Shown here: piece by piece, positions 35,570-48,371 of the stretch
How positions within the stretch are numbered: the stretch's first letter is position 1
How the letters are laid out: each line of letters starts with the position of its first letter
Source: Fistulifera solaris
Lineage: Eukaryota
Assembly: GCA_030295235.1 (NCBI GenBank)
Contig: AP026130.1
Coordinates: forward strand, 1,054,001 to 1,118,000
DNA length: 64,000 nucleotides
Reading direction: 5' to 3'
Notes under the pieces: generated by a model
The model's database searches: none
Told to the model about the DNA's origin: nothing
The model's input: the letters and a program-made list of their open reading frames with translations, nothing else
Position numbers and translations under genes: made by a program

Positions 35570-36619
35570 TCAAGAAATAGCATCCGGTTCCTTCCGCAGT
35601 CGCTTGGGTACGTATTTCTCTTTCTTCGATTGTTTGCCTTGCAACACTTGCTCAGCCCAGGCTAATTCGTCCGCCGTCAAATCTCTCACTTTCCCTTCGG
35701 GCAAGTCTCCCAGTTGTATCATTCCCAAACGCTCTCGTCGAAGATCAACGACTTCATGACCACAATTCGCGAGTATTCGGCGGACCATACGATATTTTCC
35801 TTCCTGCACCGTCAATCGCACCGTGGAGAGCTCATTCGCCTCAAAGATCCGCCAATGACCTTTTTCTTGCAGATCGGTCTGATTGTAATGCGACGGAACG
35901 GCTGCTTGTACTTGTTGTAGGTAAGGACGGACGGTATCCGAATCCCAGTGTTGAACATCCAACAAGACGGCCGTGTGCACCCCTTCCGATGTTTCGACGC
36001 CATCTTGGAGCTGTTGACGCAATCGTTCGGCATCGACCGCACCCGTCACGACGGCGACATATTCCTTTTCGATTTCATGCTTCGGATGTAGCAATTGTTG
36101 TGTCAGCGTTCCTGAACTGCTGAACAAGAGTAATCCGGATGTATCGTAATCCAGTCGACCGACCGGATGTAGATTGGGACAAATATGAGCAATGCAGGGA
36201 CGCTGCATGGGATCGCTTCGGACGGACAGCATCCATTTCGGTTTGCAATAGACCTGCGCGAGAGGCGGTGGCAACGGAATTTCGTGTGCTCGATCAATAA
36301 AAAGGGATGCTTGCATGGGAATTTGTTCAGCGGGTCCTTTGACAACCTGAAAGTTGCCTTCATCGTCGAGTTTTTGCCAAACGCGTTTGTCTTTCAAGAG
36401 TTGAAAGCACTGCGAGCGACTTTGTCCAGTTCGATTGGCTAGAACTCGGTCCGCACGAAAATAATTTCGGGCAGCGAGTGCGGTCGATGAATACAGCGCC
36501 TTCATTTGGAAGAAGGCCTGCGTCGAGCAAAGATGATCCGAGAAGAGGGAAAGTACAAGCATGTTATGAAGGAGAGAAAGAGCGACTGAAGAATTGAAAT
36601 TGCTCCAACTTTTCTTCAT
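35570..36619 (-). CDS. RsuA/RluE-family pseudouridine synthase, probably organelle-targeted
   Basis: HPVGRLDYDTSGLLLFS, IEKEYVA, EGKYRMVRRILA..GHEVVDLRR. Confidence 0.9.
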   Translation of the reverse strand: MKKSWSNFNSSVALSLLHNMLVLSLFSDHLCSTQAFFQMKALYSSTALAARNYFRADRVLANRTGQSRSQCFQLLKDKRVWQKLDDEGNFQVVKGPAEQIPMQASLFIDRAHEIPLPPPLAQVYCKPKWMLSVRSDPMQRPCIAHICPNLHPVGRLDYDTSGLLLFSSSGTLTQQLLHPKHEIEKEYVAVVTGAVDAERLRQQLQDGVETSEGVHTAVLLDVQHWDSDTVRPYLQQVQAAVPSHYNQTDLQEKGHWRIFEANELSTVRLTVQEGKYRMVRRILANCGHEVVDLRRERLGMIQLGDLPEGKVRDLTADELAWAEQVLQGKQSKKEKYVPKRLRKEPDAIS

Positions 36620-37295
36620 TTCGTGCCTCTGAAATTCAAGAGTGAAGAAGTTGGTAGAAGGAAGGACTTGGGTGAGAAGTGATCATTACTTGGGACTCTT
36701 CGATGTCATCATGTTGTGTGATGGTTATTTCATTTTTTCTTTTCTAGCTGCGTCGAGCTGAATTTTTCCTCACAATCCCCTTGCAAAAAGTCACGGATTA
36801 TACTTAATAAATATTGACGGATTGTCTCGGATTGTATTTACATATCTAAAACCAGTTCTGTAGTATGAAGCTTTGTGTAGCACGAAAACTTTAATCGATT
36901 TCGATTTCCGCCACAATAATTAAGGTTATGCAACTTTTAACAGAGATAACCTTAATAATTTTTCGATTTCGTAGGTCCTTTATGGATATCATTCTACACA
37001 AATTACTATAGTGATGAAGTGGCTTCAGAACGATAAATACAATCCGTGTGAGCCTTCTATTTACTTTATAGTGTAATCCGTAAATTTTGCAAGGCATTAA
37101 TTAGCAAGGGAAAAATCAGCCATTCTTGTCCACGAGCAAAAGCTCACAATGATGCCCGCTGTTGCTTTCAATTCATACAAGTATTTAATCCGGGTGCTGT
37201 AATTTCTACTTATTTAAGCGTTAAGCATTCTCCGGTTAGTCGTGTGTCAAAAGCTTGAGGCATCCCGGGAAGGAAAAGAGCAGAAAATCAGCAAA

Positions 37296-38983
37296 ATGTC
37301 GCACGCCGCCGCAGCACGTCGAAACTCGGATGAATTTGGTCGTCGCCGAGGTAGTGATAGAGATGATCATTCGCATGAAGACAGTGAACAACGAGAGCAA
37401 CGGTTACGACAGAAAATAAGGAATAAGCGCCGCAATGACGATGAAGATTATTTACGCAACAAATTATTGAATAAATCCAATCGTCGTCATCGAGACGATC
37501 CTTCCCCTCCGCACGACGATCGCCGTTATGCTGATTCGTATAGAAATGATTACTCACGTGATGATGCTGATCGTTGGCGACGGGAAGATAGTTATTATCG
37601 CGACGATCGATATCGGGACGAGGACGATGATTCTTATGGAAGAACGTATCGTGGTGATGATCGCGGAAAGCGTCGACAATACGCAGAAGAGGATCGCTAT
37701 CGTGACGACGAACGGCGATATTATGATCAACAAGACCGCCATGAAAACAATACGATTGAGCCGGGTCAAATTGTTCGGGGACGTGTCGTGAGAATTGAAT
37801 CCTACGGCGCCTTTGTCGAAATTAGGCGCAATGTTACCGGCTTGTTACATATTTCGCAGTTGGCTCCGTTCCGTGTGGAGCGCGTAGAAGATGTGGTACA
37901 GTTGCAACAAGACGTATACTGCCGCATTTTGGATGTTGAGGACCGTGGTCGTATTCGTCTCGGTATGGTGGGCGTCGATCAGCAAACGGGGAAGTTCTGC
38001 CGCAGCAAGGAAATCGTGACGATCGACGATCGCGCGGACCACAAAATTTGGAACGACGCGCTCAAGAGCGGCTCCGTTGGTGTCATGGCGAACGTCGTCC
38101 CGCTTGGAACGACACGGATGATTCTCATTTTCTACTAGCAAAAGATGCGCGGCTATTGTGGTCTCGTAGTCCCAGTCCTCCTACGCAAAAACCGGAACGC
38201 CAAGCTACCAAACTTGATGCTTCTTCTTCTTCCTCCTCGGCGTCCTCGTCATCATCGTCATCTTCCGAAGATCGTCGAAAACGGCAACGAAGCAAAGCAA
38301 GAAGTCGTCACAGTTCTCGTGACAAACGCAAGTCGAGGTCACGGAGATACAAACGACGTGGTTCGACGTCGTCGTCGTCATCTTCGTCTAGTTCGAGTTC
38401 GTCTTCATCAAGCTCGTCGTCTTCATCATCCTCCGAGTCGGAGAGGTACAAGAAGAAGCGCGCCAAAGTAAGCGTCCAGCCCCCGGAAGAGATCATCACG
38501 TTGCCCGAGAATACTAATGCTGATGTGAATCCGGAAGTTCGTGATTTCAAGAAAGCTGTACAAGGGGATGCGAACGACAGCGACGACGATGACATTGGCC
38601 CGCGTCCTTTACCCCAATCTAATGCTGCAATGGCCATGGACCCCAGACAAGCTCAAAAGTCGTTCGGAAAAGCGTTGCTTCCTGGAGAAGGCCAAGCGAT
38701 TGCCCAGTATGTTCAGCAGAACTTGCGCGTTCCACGTCGTGGTGAAATCGGATACGGGTCAGAAGAAATCGACAAGTACGAAAGCAGTGGATACGTCATG
38801 TCAGGCTCTCGTCACGCTCGAATGAACGCTATTCGTTTACGAAAAGAGAATCAAGTCTATTCGGCAGAAGAACAACGTGCGTTGGCATTGATCACCATGG
38901 AGGAGAAACAGCAGAAAGAGGCTGCGTTGGTGGAAGATTTCCGAAGAATGTTGAAAGAGAAACAACGAAAGCGGGATTTGTAA
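37296..38983 (+). CDS. NKAP: NKAP-family splicing protein with an N-terminal S1 RNA-binding domain (frameshift at G-run ~37988-37991)
   Basis: RD/RS-rich region; S1 GQIVRGRVVRIESYGAFVEI...GLLHISQL; NKAP C-terminus GKALLPGEG.AIAQYVQ...RVPRRGEIG...GYVMSGSRH.RMNAIRLRKENQVYSAEE. Confidence 0.85.
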
Positions 38984-39464
38984 GTGAAGTTTGTAGCAGT
39001 TTCAAAAGAACACAATCTGCAAAGCTTCTCGACATGATGAATCCAACATTGCGGCTTGCATTGCAAATGTTTTAGTAGAGGTAATTGCATTTCTAATGAC
39101 GAAAGTTACAGTCTAACACAATTTCAACATGCTGTAGAACGAACAAAGGTCTTGGGCAATCCTACGGCCTCACGAATCACGAACACTCGTGACAACTCAT
39201 CGTGAGTGATTCGTGATTCATGAATGGAATGCAGTCGTGATAAAAGGTAATCGACATTTTGGGGTATAGTAAGCGTTCGAGCCCGTTTTTTACTTATGCT
39301 ATCGAGTACCGTTCTGTTATTCGTCATCCAATCCAGGATGGCGTTCCATTCCAACACTTACCAGTATTTGACGAAAACACCATGAAAAGCCAATGCGCCT
39401 TACTACTTTGATCCTTGTCTGAATTCATCCTTGTCTGAATTCATTTGTTCTTTTCAAGTTCATA

Positions 39465-41576
39465 ATGGGAATATCGGGTCTATTAGTCGGTTTGAAGTCG
39501 ACAGCATGCGTTACGGGTCACATACGCGACTTTGCTGGGCAGGCAGTTGCCGTGGATGCAAGCTCATGGTTGCATAAATCCGTCTACTCCATTGCCGATC
39601 ACTACGTAGAGTGTGTTGAGAATCATAAGACTGTCGATCGAAAGTGTATCGAGGCGGCATCCAATTATATCATCAAACGCTGTCAGGAACTTTCCTGTGC
39701 CGGCATTGTTCGAGTGTTTCTTGTTATGGATGGCCAGCGATGCCCTTTGAAGGCACGGACAAATCAAGACCGAGAAAAACGCCGCTTACAGAATCTCCAG
39801 CAAGCTCGCGAGTACAAACAATTGGGAAACTACGACAAAATGTATGAAAAGTACAAGACTTGCATCAAAGTACATCCAAAGCTTGGTCAGGAAGTTGTCA
39901 AAGAAGTGCAACAAAAGCTTAAAGACTCTAGGATTCAAATTCAAACGGTTTGGGCACCCTACGAAGCTGACGCCCAGCTCATCCAACTTTGCGTCGAAGG
40001 CCTTGCGCAAGCAGTGATTACCGAAGATTCCGATGTTCTGCTGTATTCTGCGACGACATACACTCCGGTCCCTGTCATTTTCAAATTGGATGGCCAATCG
40101 GGAAATTGCGATATCATCTCTATGAAGTGGCTATTTGATGCTAAGAATACTTCCTTTCAGGTCGACGAACAAAAGAAAAAGAAAGCTTCAGGTATAGAGG
40201 CGTTCCTTCAGACATTCTCCACGAGAGAGGAAAGAGCGAAAGGGTTGGGAGTACGATTGTTTGTCCAGGCGTGTGTGTTTGCCGGTTGTGATTATGCCCC
40301 CAATGAGCTTGGTGGCATCGGAACCGTTACGTCTTTTAAGCACATACGGAACAATATTCATCGTAACGCAGAAGACCGCTTTCGTTCGATCTTACAGCAA
40401 TGCGGCAAACAGGGGACGCCCGAGTACGAAGTCTTGCTTAGCAAAAGTGAAACAGTATTCTATTACCACCCCGTTCTCGATGTAGGGACTGGTCAAGTCA
40501 AATACCTGAACGACCCTTACAACGCCACAGAACATCAACCAAATCTCGAACGCTTCGGATCCGATTGGTCAGATTTTCTTGGAGATGTCGACATTGCAGT
40601 CAAACCTGGATCTGTACCAGCGTCCCGTGAAAACCAACAGCCAAATATTCCCAAGATGTTCTCCGCCGCTGCATCCGCAAAGCGAAACGTCGTTGCAATT
40701 TCAAATCCTTATGCTAGGACTGGTAAGCGCGCGCGTGCTGGTGACACGGAAAGCAAGACTTTGCCTTTACAAACGATTAGCATGAATACCAGCGACACGG
40801 ATCGAGAGGCATTAGCGGGCAAAGGCAATCCATTTTCAGACTTTTCTCTCAAAAATCCTAAGTCACGTTTGAAATCGGAGTCCCTACACAGAAAGAAAGA
40901 TGCACTTGCTTCATTTTACGGTGATAGCGAAGATGTCAGGGGTGTGAAACGGATTTTTCCCAAGGACGGTACTCGAGTCACCCTGAAACAGAAACCCATA
41001 GATCTGCCGAAATGTTTGCCCACGTACCCTCTATCAAATCAAACCGAAACATTGATAGCGGATGATGACGATGTCGAAGAAATCGGTGAACAGAACGACA
41101 GCCATTTTATTCTAGCCGAAAACGAGCGAGTTACGAGCCGCTTCTTTACCACTGAAGAGCGCATCATCTCGAGACGCGTAAGCTACGAGCCCGAGTCCGT
41201 TAATCGCAGCAAAAGTGAGACACTAGATCGTTCAGAACCGCAGCAACACAATTCGCAACAGAATCTTGAAGACGACTTTTGGTCCCCCAAAAAGGCACCG
41301 TATGATGCCCAGCCCTTCGACGAAGATGATATTGTAGAATCGTCTCCCACATTTGGTTCACAACGTCCATCTTTGCAAAAGCCGTTTGCTAGTCAACCTA
41401 TTCGCTTTCAGGTCGGAAAGCTCACCCTGCCGTCGACGCGTCCCAAAACTATTCCAGTTCGGTCCGACAGTAATGCAATCCGAGGGCGTAGTGACAGACA
41501 AACAACGCTGCTCAAGCATTTCAATGTTAAAGCTGGACTCAATTCCGACAAGCAGATTTACAATACAGAAACATAA
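39465..41576 (+). CDS. EXO1: Exonuclease 1 (XPG/Rad2 family)
   Basis: MGISGLL, VAVDASSWLHK, VMDG..CPLK..TN..R, APYEADAQL, ITEDSD, GCDY...GGIG; PIP-like QTTLLKHF. Confidence 0.9.
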   Translation: MGISGLLVGLKSTACVTGHIRDFAGQAVAVDASSWLHKSVYSIADHYVECVENHKTVDRKCIEAASNYIIKRCQELSCAGIVRVFLVMDGQRCPLKARTNQDREKRRLQNLQQAREYKQLGNYDKMYEKYKTCIKVHPKLGQEVVKEVQQKLKDSRIQIQTVWAPYEADAQLIQLCVEGLAQAVITEDSDVLLYSATTYTPVPVIFKLDGQSGNCDIISMKWLFDAKNTSFQVDEQKKKKASGIEAFLQTFSTREERAKGLGVRLFVQACVFAGCDYAPNELGGIGTVTSFKHIRNNIHRNAEDRFRSILQQCGKQGTPEYEVLLSKSETVFYYHPVLDVGTGQVKYLNDPYNATEHQPNLERFGSDWSDFLGDVDIAVKPGSVPASRENQQPNIPKMFSAAASAKRNVVAISNPYARTGKRARAGDTESKTLPLQTISMNTSDTDREALAGKGNPFSDFSLKNPKSRLKSESLHRKKDALASFYGDSEDVRGVKRIFPKDGTRVTLKQKPIDLPKCLPTYPLSNQTETLIADDDDVEEIGEQNDSHFILAENERVTSRFFTTEERIISRRVSYEPESVNRSKSETLDRSEPQQHNSQQNLEDDFWSPKKAPYDAQPFDEDDIVESSPTFGSQRPSLQKPFASQPIRFQVGKLTLPSTRPKTIPVRSDSNAIRGRSDRQTTLLKHFNVKAGLNSDKQIYNTET

Positions 41577-41628
41577 AATAAAAAAATTAACGTAAGCGCT
41601 ACGTTGGGGTATTACCGAACATATATTG

Positions 41629-43124
41629 TTAGATTGCAGACCGTCGTCGATTTACTCTTCGACGCGGCGTCTGTTCACCGTTGGCCCTGGCTTCATTGAT
41701 AGCTTGCCGGAAAGCCTGCATCTCCAGGAATTCGTGTGCTTCCTCTCCGGACAGAACAATCTCATCGACTACTGTGTTGAATGATTGGCAGTTGTTGCAC
41801 TGGACACCTAGAAAGTGCCACGCTAGTGCATGCGCATTGATTTCGCAATCGTTGCAAGTTATATTCACAACGCGGGCTAGCTCAGGAGGGACTGGCTGCA
41901 AAGCAACACTCTGTGCCATAGCCGTCCATGTTGGCATCATTCTCTCACGTGTTTCCGCGGTCTTTTTACAGACCGGACAACGACTGTCGTGTGCTGCTAG
42001 CTGGCGAAAACATTCCCAGTGGATCGCGTGGCCACATGGCATTTCATGCGATGCTGATCGCGAACTAAATAAATATTCTTGACAAACAGGACAGTTCGAC
42101 TTGTACTTGCCTGCCTTGCAGTTGTGTGTATTGTACAGCGATCGATCAATGCACATGCCACAATCATTACAATGCTGGAAATTTTCAGCACCGCCAACTC
42201 GGCAAAAGCCGCATTCAGCGCAATGATACGGCTGTTCATCCGCAGACATCCATAAATTGCATATGTTACAATGATACTCCCCGAAAGGCATCTCGCAGTT
42301 GATACAAAAATTGCTGGATGTGAAATTATCGAAATACGGTCAGTCAAGATCTTCATCGACGCTCAGAAGTTTACACTTTCAACTTACGTTTTGCTGGATT
42401 GCCTAGTGAAGCATTCACGACAAATAACCTCCTTGATTGCAAATCGATCAATTTGATGATGGTTATCTTCCGGGATGTGTTGAGCTGGCATGCTGGTGAA
42501 GCTGCTCGGTAGAGATGCGCTGCGATGAACGCGACGACTAGAAGGAGTTCGTTCAATCTTTGGGGGAAGTACTGGGCAGTCATCGTGACAAATTCGACAA
42601 CCGAATGCAGCCCCACAACAAGGTGCAATAATCGTGCAATTTCTTTCATAATGTGAGCAATGAGGGCGGCTGATTTCCAGCCTTCTTGTTTCCTCATCGC
42701 TTCGGGGCCGTATTTCCTCATTCTCAGCTTTAATAACTCCGTTTGTATCTCCATAACCCATGTCTTCGTAACCCATTGAATTACCACCGAGACTTCCTGT
42801 GCTACCTGTGCTGCTGTGAACACTTCCAGCTCCGATACTAGAGCGTCGACCATCCATCAAATGTTGAATTGAGCGCCGCTTTTCCATCGGACCTAAGGAA
42901 GGGTCGGCCATGATGGCTTTGATGCTTGCTCTCCTTTCTTTCTCTTCTGCAACAGTCATGCTACCTCTTCGCCCTGATGGTGCAGCGTCACCGTATCCCA
43001 TGTCGACCGGTTCCTCCCGCTGCATAGGGACCGCATAGCCGTATCCCATGTCAACCATTTGCTGCGCCGGACTGGAAACATGGGAAGAATCGTCGTATTC
43101 GTAGTCCATGCTGTCGTCGGCCAT
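41629..43124 (-). CDS. RCHY1: RCHY1/Pirh2-like CHY-CTCHY-RING zinc-finger E3 ligase (intron 42314-42387)
   Basis: CSHYERNCTIIAPCC...CRICHD; YHCNICNLW, YHCAECGFCRVGG; CPVCQEYLF...CGHAIHWEC...CPVC; CNDC...WHFLGVQCNNCQSFNT. Confidence 0.9.
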
Positions 43125-43884
43125 TTCTCAAACTTAGCCAGCGCAAATATCAGTCAATAACAAGGTCTTTTAGAGCAGTAACGTGTTGCGTTCTTAATGG
43201 ATTGTTTAATTTCTCCGTTGAATGAGTCGGCTCATCGCGACTTCTGAGATGGCATGGAACAGCGCTTGCGGTGATTTTGTTGAAAAAATGGAAGAATGAC
43301 CGGCATGACCTATCGATGACCGCACACCACATTCGCATTTAGCAACTTGGGAGTACCGGTTGAGTTCCTCTACACTCTACACTTATCGAGATAGTACCCT
43401 TGTTCAGTCAGGACTCAAGTGACTCATGACTGAGCTTCGTCTGACCTAGTCTCTAGACCAAATAATCATAGGTCGTGTGGAAAGCCAGGAGCTAGAGGTA
43501 CCGACTTGGGGCTATTCAGTTAGTTTCCGATAAACTAAACATTAGATTGGATACTGAAAAACTGAAATGGACGAGCTAAATGCAATTCCTGCCTTTTGTT
43601 TCGCGTTGATATCCTTTATCAGCGCTTTTCTGGTCTGCATGCCGAGCTCCGCAACCCCCAACTCTAGGGCACTAGCACCTAGCACTCGCTACAAAAAAGC
43701 TACTGTACAATCGTCTTCATACTTGCATGGGACTGTGATTGCTTCGGGTATCATACATTTTGGACCCTGGAAGCGCCCGGATTTGGGAACCGATTTTCCG
43801 TCAGCGTTAACTTTGACAACCTTATGTTAAAAACAAAAGAAACAGTGATCTAACTAGTTTACATTGTGGCGGTTTATCATGGAA

Positions 43885-44694
43885 TCAAGCTGCGGGAGCC
43901 AGTACCGGTGTTCGATTTACTGTGAGAAGGATGTTCATGTAGAAAAAGACGTATTCTTCCTTCGACAAGATGCGCTTGTTGCCAATCATAAAGAAAACTG
44001 TGAAGAGCGCTTCAACGCATAAGCGTGTCTCTTTCAGATGAATAAAGTGAGAGTGAATATGCCCCATGTTGTTGCAGAGTGCGAGTAGTAATACATCACA
44101 GACTTCAGGATGATACATGCCCAAGCTGGCATGGTAGACAAGCTGTGAGTGGGCAGCACTGTAGTTCTCAAGAGCTCGCTCGTACTTAGCATCGCAGTTC
44201 TCTCGAAAAGCAATCTTGTGCCAAGCCAACCCGCTGTTGTAAAGCAATATTGCGGGGATGTGATTCGAATACCTTTCCCACTTGAGCGATGAGATGTCGG
44301 CAATTTCAATCACACGATTGTAAATTGTGAAGAAATTACTTGGTGATGCTGCTTCCACCTCCTTATCCGGAAGCTGTAAGTCTGGGCTAGCACTGAATGG
44401 ATCGTCGGCATTTCTTGTGAAAACAATCGGGTCGCTTTCGGAGAAGGCACTCGACCTCATCGTCGTAGGCATCGATTCATCATCCAGAATACTACTCGAT
44501 GAGAGCAAACTTCCGGCGGCCGGAGCACTTAATGCATTCCCAAGTAGATTGATAGCTTCTTCGTTTTTCCCTTGACTGATTAAAGCAAGAGCGGTATTGT
44601 TCAAGGCGGCCACGATTACATTCGCAGACGGATGCGTGCTACTTTTGGTTGCGCTTTTGGAGACGCTGGTGTGATTGAGAGCTGTGCAGTTCAT
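43885..44694 (-). CDS. Diatom-type TPR-like helical protein ending APAA
   Basis: LNNTALALI..G...EAI..L..AL; AILLYNSGLAWH; LLALCNNMGHIH; C-terminal APAA, resembling an expanded diatom family. Confidence 0.6.
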   Translation of the reverse strand: MNCTALNHTSVSKSATKSSTHPSANVIVAALNNTALALISQGKNEEAINLLGNALSAPAAGSLLSSSSILDDESMPTTMRSSAFSESDPIVFTRNADDPFSASPDLQLPDKEVEAASPSNFFTIYNRVIEIADISSLKWERYSNHIPAILLYNSGLAWHKIAFRENCDAKYERALENYSAAHSQLVYHASLGMYHPEVCDVLLLALCNNMGHIHSHFIHLKETRLCVEALFTVFFMIGNKRILSKEEYVFFYMNILLTVNRTPVLAPAA

Positions 44695-45346
44695 TGTGGG
44701 TGTGATGTGATGCGTCGTTTTGTGAATGATATGGATTTTATGACATCGTTTATTGTTCCAATAATAAGTTGGCCTTCATGCGATCTGCGGAAATGAATTT
44801 CTTGAGAGAACAATGCAATCTGGTTTCAGTTCGGATGATGATTGTAGACAGATGCAATCCAACAGAAAAGCACCTGCTTCAACTGTTTCACCCATTGTGA
44901 AAATAGGCGACCCGATCGTAGGGGCAAAACATGTTCGATGTTCCACTCATCTGCTTTGTTCTCCAGGCCATCTGCTGCATCTGCTTTTAAGTACACAAGT
45001 CGGAAAGGGGCTCACTTGGCCTTAGTACCAAATGAAGAGACATTCAGTACTGTACACTTCAAACGGTGCGTCAGATGTCAGATGTCAGATGTCAGATTTT
45101 CTTGTTTCGTTTCTCTAACTTACAAAAATAAGCTTAAACTCTAATCTACTCATGAAATCTAGATCTAGCTAAAGTCTAGAGAACCTTTAGGAGAGCTCTT
45201 TTGTATAATAGACTAGTCTAATAAGGAATCTATTTTCTGTATCTTTTGAACCGACCTCCAATCAAGAGTCGTGCGAGGGTCTAGATGTCATGCTTCTTAA
45301 GATGATTTTTCAATCGACAATGAATTCGATTCAGACAATCAGGCAT

Positions 45347-47271
45347 CTAAGAAACGATCGCCAAGTCGCACAGAAGACTAACATGATCACTAGGGGCATT
45401 TTCGTTCGGCATGAAAGACAGCATGTCTTCGGTAGGCATATTGGCATGACTAAGCGGAACAAGACCGTTACTGATCACGATATGGTCCAAATTGGCACTA
45501 AAACCAGGAATCAAATGAGTGAAAGCGGGGGCGGGGATGATAGCAGAATTCATTTGCTGAAAATTGTCCCCCACAGATATTTCGGGAAAATCGTCGTCGC
45601 TTGTTGCGGTCTCGAAGCGGCGACCTCGCTCACCCCATTGAAAGGCGTTCAAGTGGTCCTTCAAATCTCGATGATTGGTCGGCACCACACCTTCGATAAG
45701 AAGTTTTCCACAGCTGTTTACTAGTGAGCTATTGAAGTCTCCGCAAAGAATGATGCGTTGATCCGTCGATGATGCATTCACCTTTGCTTGTGCTAACAGG
45801 CGCAAGATCGACCACATTTGCAGGGTGCGAATATGGCTTGCATTAGGATGAAAGAACAAATGCGTATTGCCGACAAGTATCTCCGCTCCTGTAGTTTTCT
45901 CTCGTACTTGAGCCAGCTGTAGAATGTGGCCCAACTTGCACAGAATGATTTCCTCCAAATCGGGCCTTTGCTTTAGTAACTTGTATATGTCATCACTAGA
46001 ATCCCAACTGTCATGTCCCGGTCCATCGATGGGTAGAGCCGATTTGAGTTCGTGGGATTCGCAACTGTTCCATTCTAGTCGTTTCGAGTTGATGAACATC
46101 CCGCACCCTTCCATTTGCCCATCTGTTTTCTTGCTGGAATAGTAACCTGCATAGCCATACGCATTGAGGACTGGTTGAAGCAACTTCTGAAAGATGTGTT
46201 CGTCGACCTCTTGTAAGCAAATAATGTCCGCATGATAAGACAGAATCTCGTGAACAATGAGCGGAAAGCGCCGTTGTTTGAGCAAAACTGCCTCGTCGCA
46301 ATAGGGATGCCACGAAGGAGTGCAATTCTGATCGGCCAAAATGTTATACGTCAAGACACGGAGGTTTGAATCCGTGGAAAGTCGTGGTTTCGTCCACTCC
46401 GGTCTGATTGCTAGCAACGTGTTTTCTGGAAACGGTTCCACTCTCTTTGTAAAACTATAAGCTTCTTGACAGCCTTCTCCATCGTGTTCGTCTGTTCGAT
46501 ACGGGCGAATACAAACAGTCACTTCTTTCCCAATGTCCTTGTCTGTCGGTACATACAATGAGCTGTCATTCTGCACAAGAACGCCGTCGGCATACCAGTC
46601 TACAACCGCACTAGTGGCGAAAAGACAGCTCACCTGCACATGAACCGGTACTTTGGCAAAGATGTTGGCCTGAAGGTTGTCAAAGGAGCTCACACTGGTA
46701 ATAGTAGGGGGATTTGCTTCAATGATTACGCGTAATGGTTCATCACAACCGACCACAGGAATCTGGAGGAAAATTTGTTTTTGCAATGTTCCTGCAGTAA
46801 AGCACCGCAAGAGACTTCGGAGATATCCAGTTCGACCGCGGAAGCCTCCTCTTGTTTCCACACCGACGGCAAATCTGCGACGTCGTTTTTATTGTTGCTT
46901 TTACTCTTTTTGCATTTTGATCCCATCTTTTTCGAAAGGGAGATCTGAATGCGTTTCAAAGTGTTCGAAAATGGCTCATCCGCGTTTCTAAATAGTTGCA
47001 CGATTTTGCTTTCGCTAGCTCCATCGTATAGGTAGAGTGACAACTCACATGTCTTGCCGGTGAATTCTACCTCGCTGTCAAGCGCGATGCAGGGACGAGA
47101 GCGAGATAATCGAAAAGACGAAGGTGGGCTGAAATTGGGGACCAAAAATGAGATGCGACGTTGCACGGGTTTATCGCATTGGTCGTAATTGGGATCGAAG
47201 CCGAGCGGAAGAGTTCGAGCGAACAGATGGCCATCCCATCTCTTTTCTTGAACAGCATTCGAGTCATTCAT
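45347..47271 (-). CDS. PDE12: 2',5'-phosphodiesterase 12 / CCR4-like EEP nuclease (frameshift ~46780-46860; true start may lie further upstream)
   Basis: N-terminal R..DEPFSNTLKRI; LRVLTYNILAD, ADIICLQEVD, NTHLFFHP, ILCGDFNS, LDHI, PSDH. Confidence 0.8.
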
Positions 47272-47805
47272 TTTGCAAAACGGAATGAAGTCTTCGGCAA
47301 TTCGTGATAGTTTAGGGGCGATATCGACAAGAGTATTGATTTATAATGAGATAGCATGACATAATAGAGGATTATATTGAGGTGCATGACTGCGCCGCCG
47401 ACAAAAATGAAGCGAGAAGACGACGACTGACTCTCCAGGAGGTGCGTGACAGGACTGAAAAGAAACCGACATGCAAGTAATCCGAAGTATGATTGTTTAT
47501 GTAGATTACTTTTCTACACTCTCTATAAACAAATTGTCTTCTAGTTTTGATATACGATTATAAGTAGATAATGATCCGTTGTCACAACATATTCTCGCTA
47601 CAAAGGTACAAAGGGTCACATTTCTACATTTCATTGCGATAAATATTTGAATACATAGAGGAGGAAACTCGCTAACATAATTGCACCACAAAATCACAAC
47701 CAGTAGGTCAATGAACAAAGAACCATCGATGATTCCCTCAAAGCAAACTAGTCAGTTGAGGAGACGAGCAAAAGGAAAACAAAGATCATTGTTGATTATC
47801 GAAGA

Positions 47806-48210
47806 ATGGGATCACAAGCGCCATTAGCGAGAGGTGCCTCAATCGAGATTTTGAAGAAGAATGAAGGTGACAAGATGACCAAGGATCAAAAACGCTTGTT
47901 CATCGTTTTCACCAAGATTTTACTGCGATACTTGCAGAAGAAAGATCCGGTCACATATTTGCTAGCCCGACAAACAATACGAGAGGCTGTCGATCATGAG
48001 CGCCGTTCAACAGCGGGTAACGCATGCCCCGTGAGTCGCATGAAGAGAAGATTGGAGGTGCTCGTTTCTAAGGAACATTGGAAGAAAGCTGAGGAGTACC
48101 TTCTAAACAAACTAAGAAGCACCAAGCCATTAGAAGAGAGCAGTGACCCGAGAGAGGTCGATGGAGGGATTCTTGATTCATCGTGCATATTCAACAGTAT
48201 TTGTTCATAA
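47806..48210 (+). CDS. Small uncharacterised helical protein of a diatom-type family
   Basis: FIVFTKILLRYLQKKDP...ARQTIRE...MKRRLEVLV..EHWKKAEEYL pattern. Confidence 0.55.
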   Translation: MGSQAPLARGASIEILKKNEGDKMTKDQKRLFIVFTKILLRYLQKKDPVTYLLARQTIREAVDHERRSTAGNACPVSRMKRRLEVLVSKEHWKKAEEYLLNKLRSTKPLEESSDPREVDGGILDSSCIFNSICS

Positions 48211-48371
48211 TCGACGTGTTTGTTTCCGAATTCCGAAATCTGAAGAGAGATTACGCGAATGTCGGGCACAACCAATGCTGCTTGAATACTCACAAAAATA
48301 TTACTCCGTATCACAACATGAAATAGACTGATAGATTACGAGAAATCGTTGCCAAAATATATCAGATTAGC

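Noticed and set aside
38220..38440. TCN-rich microsatellite-like stretch
   Set aside because: Explained by poly-Ser coding in the NKAP RS region
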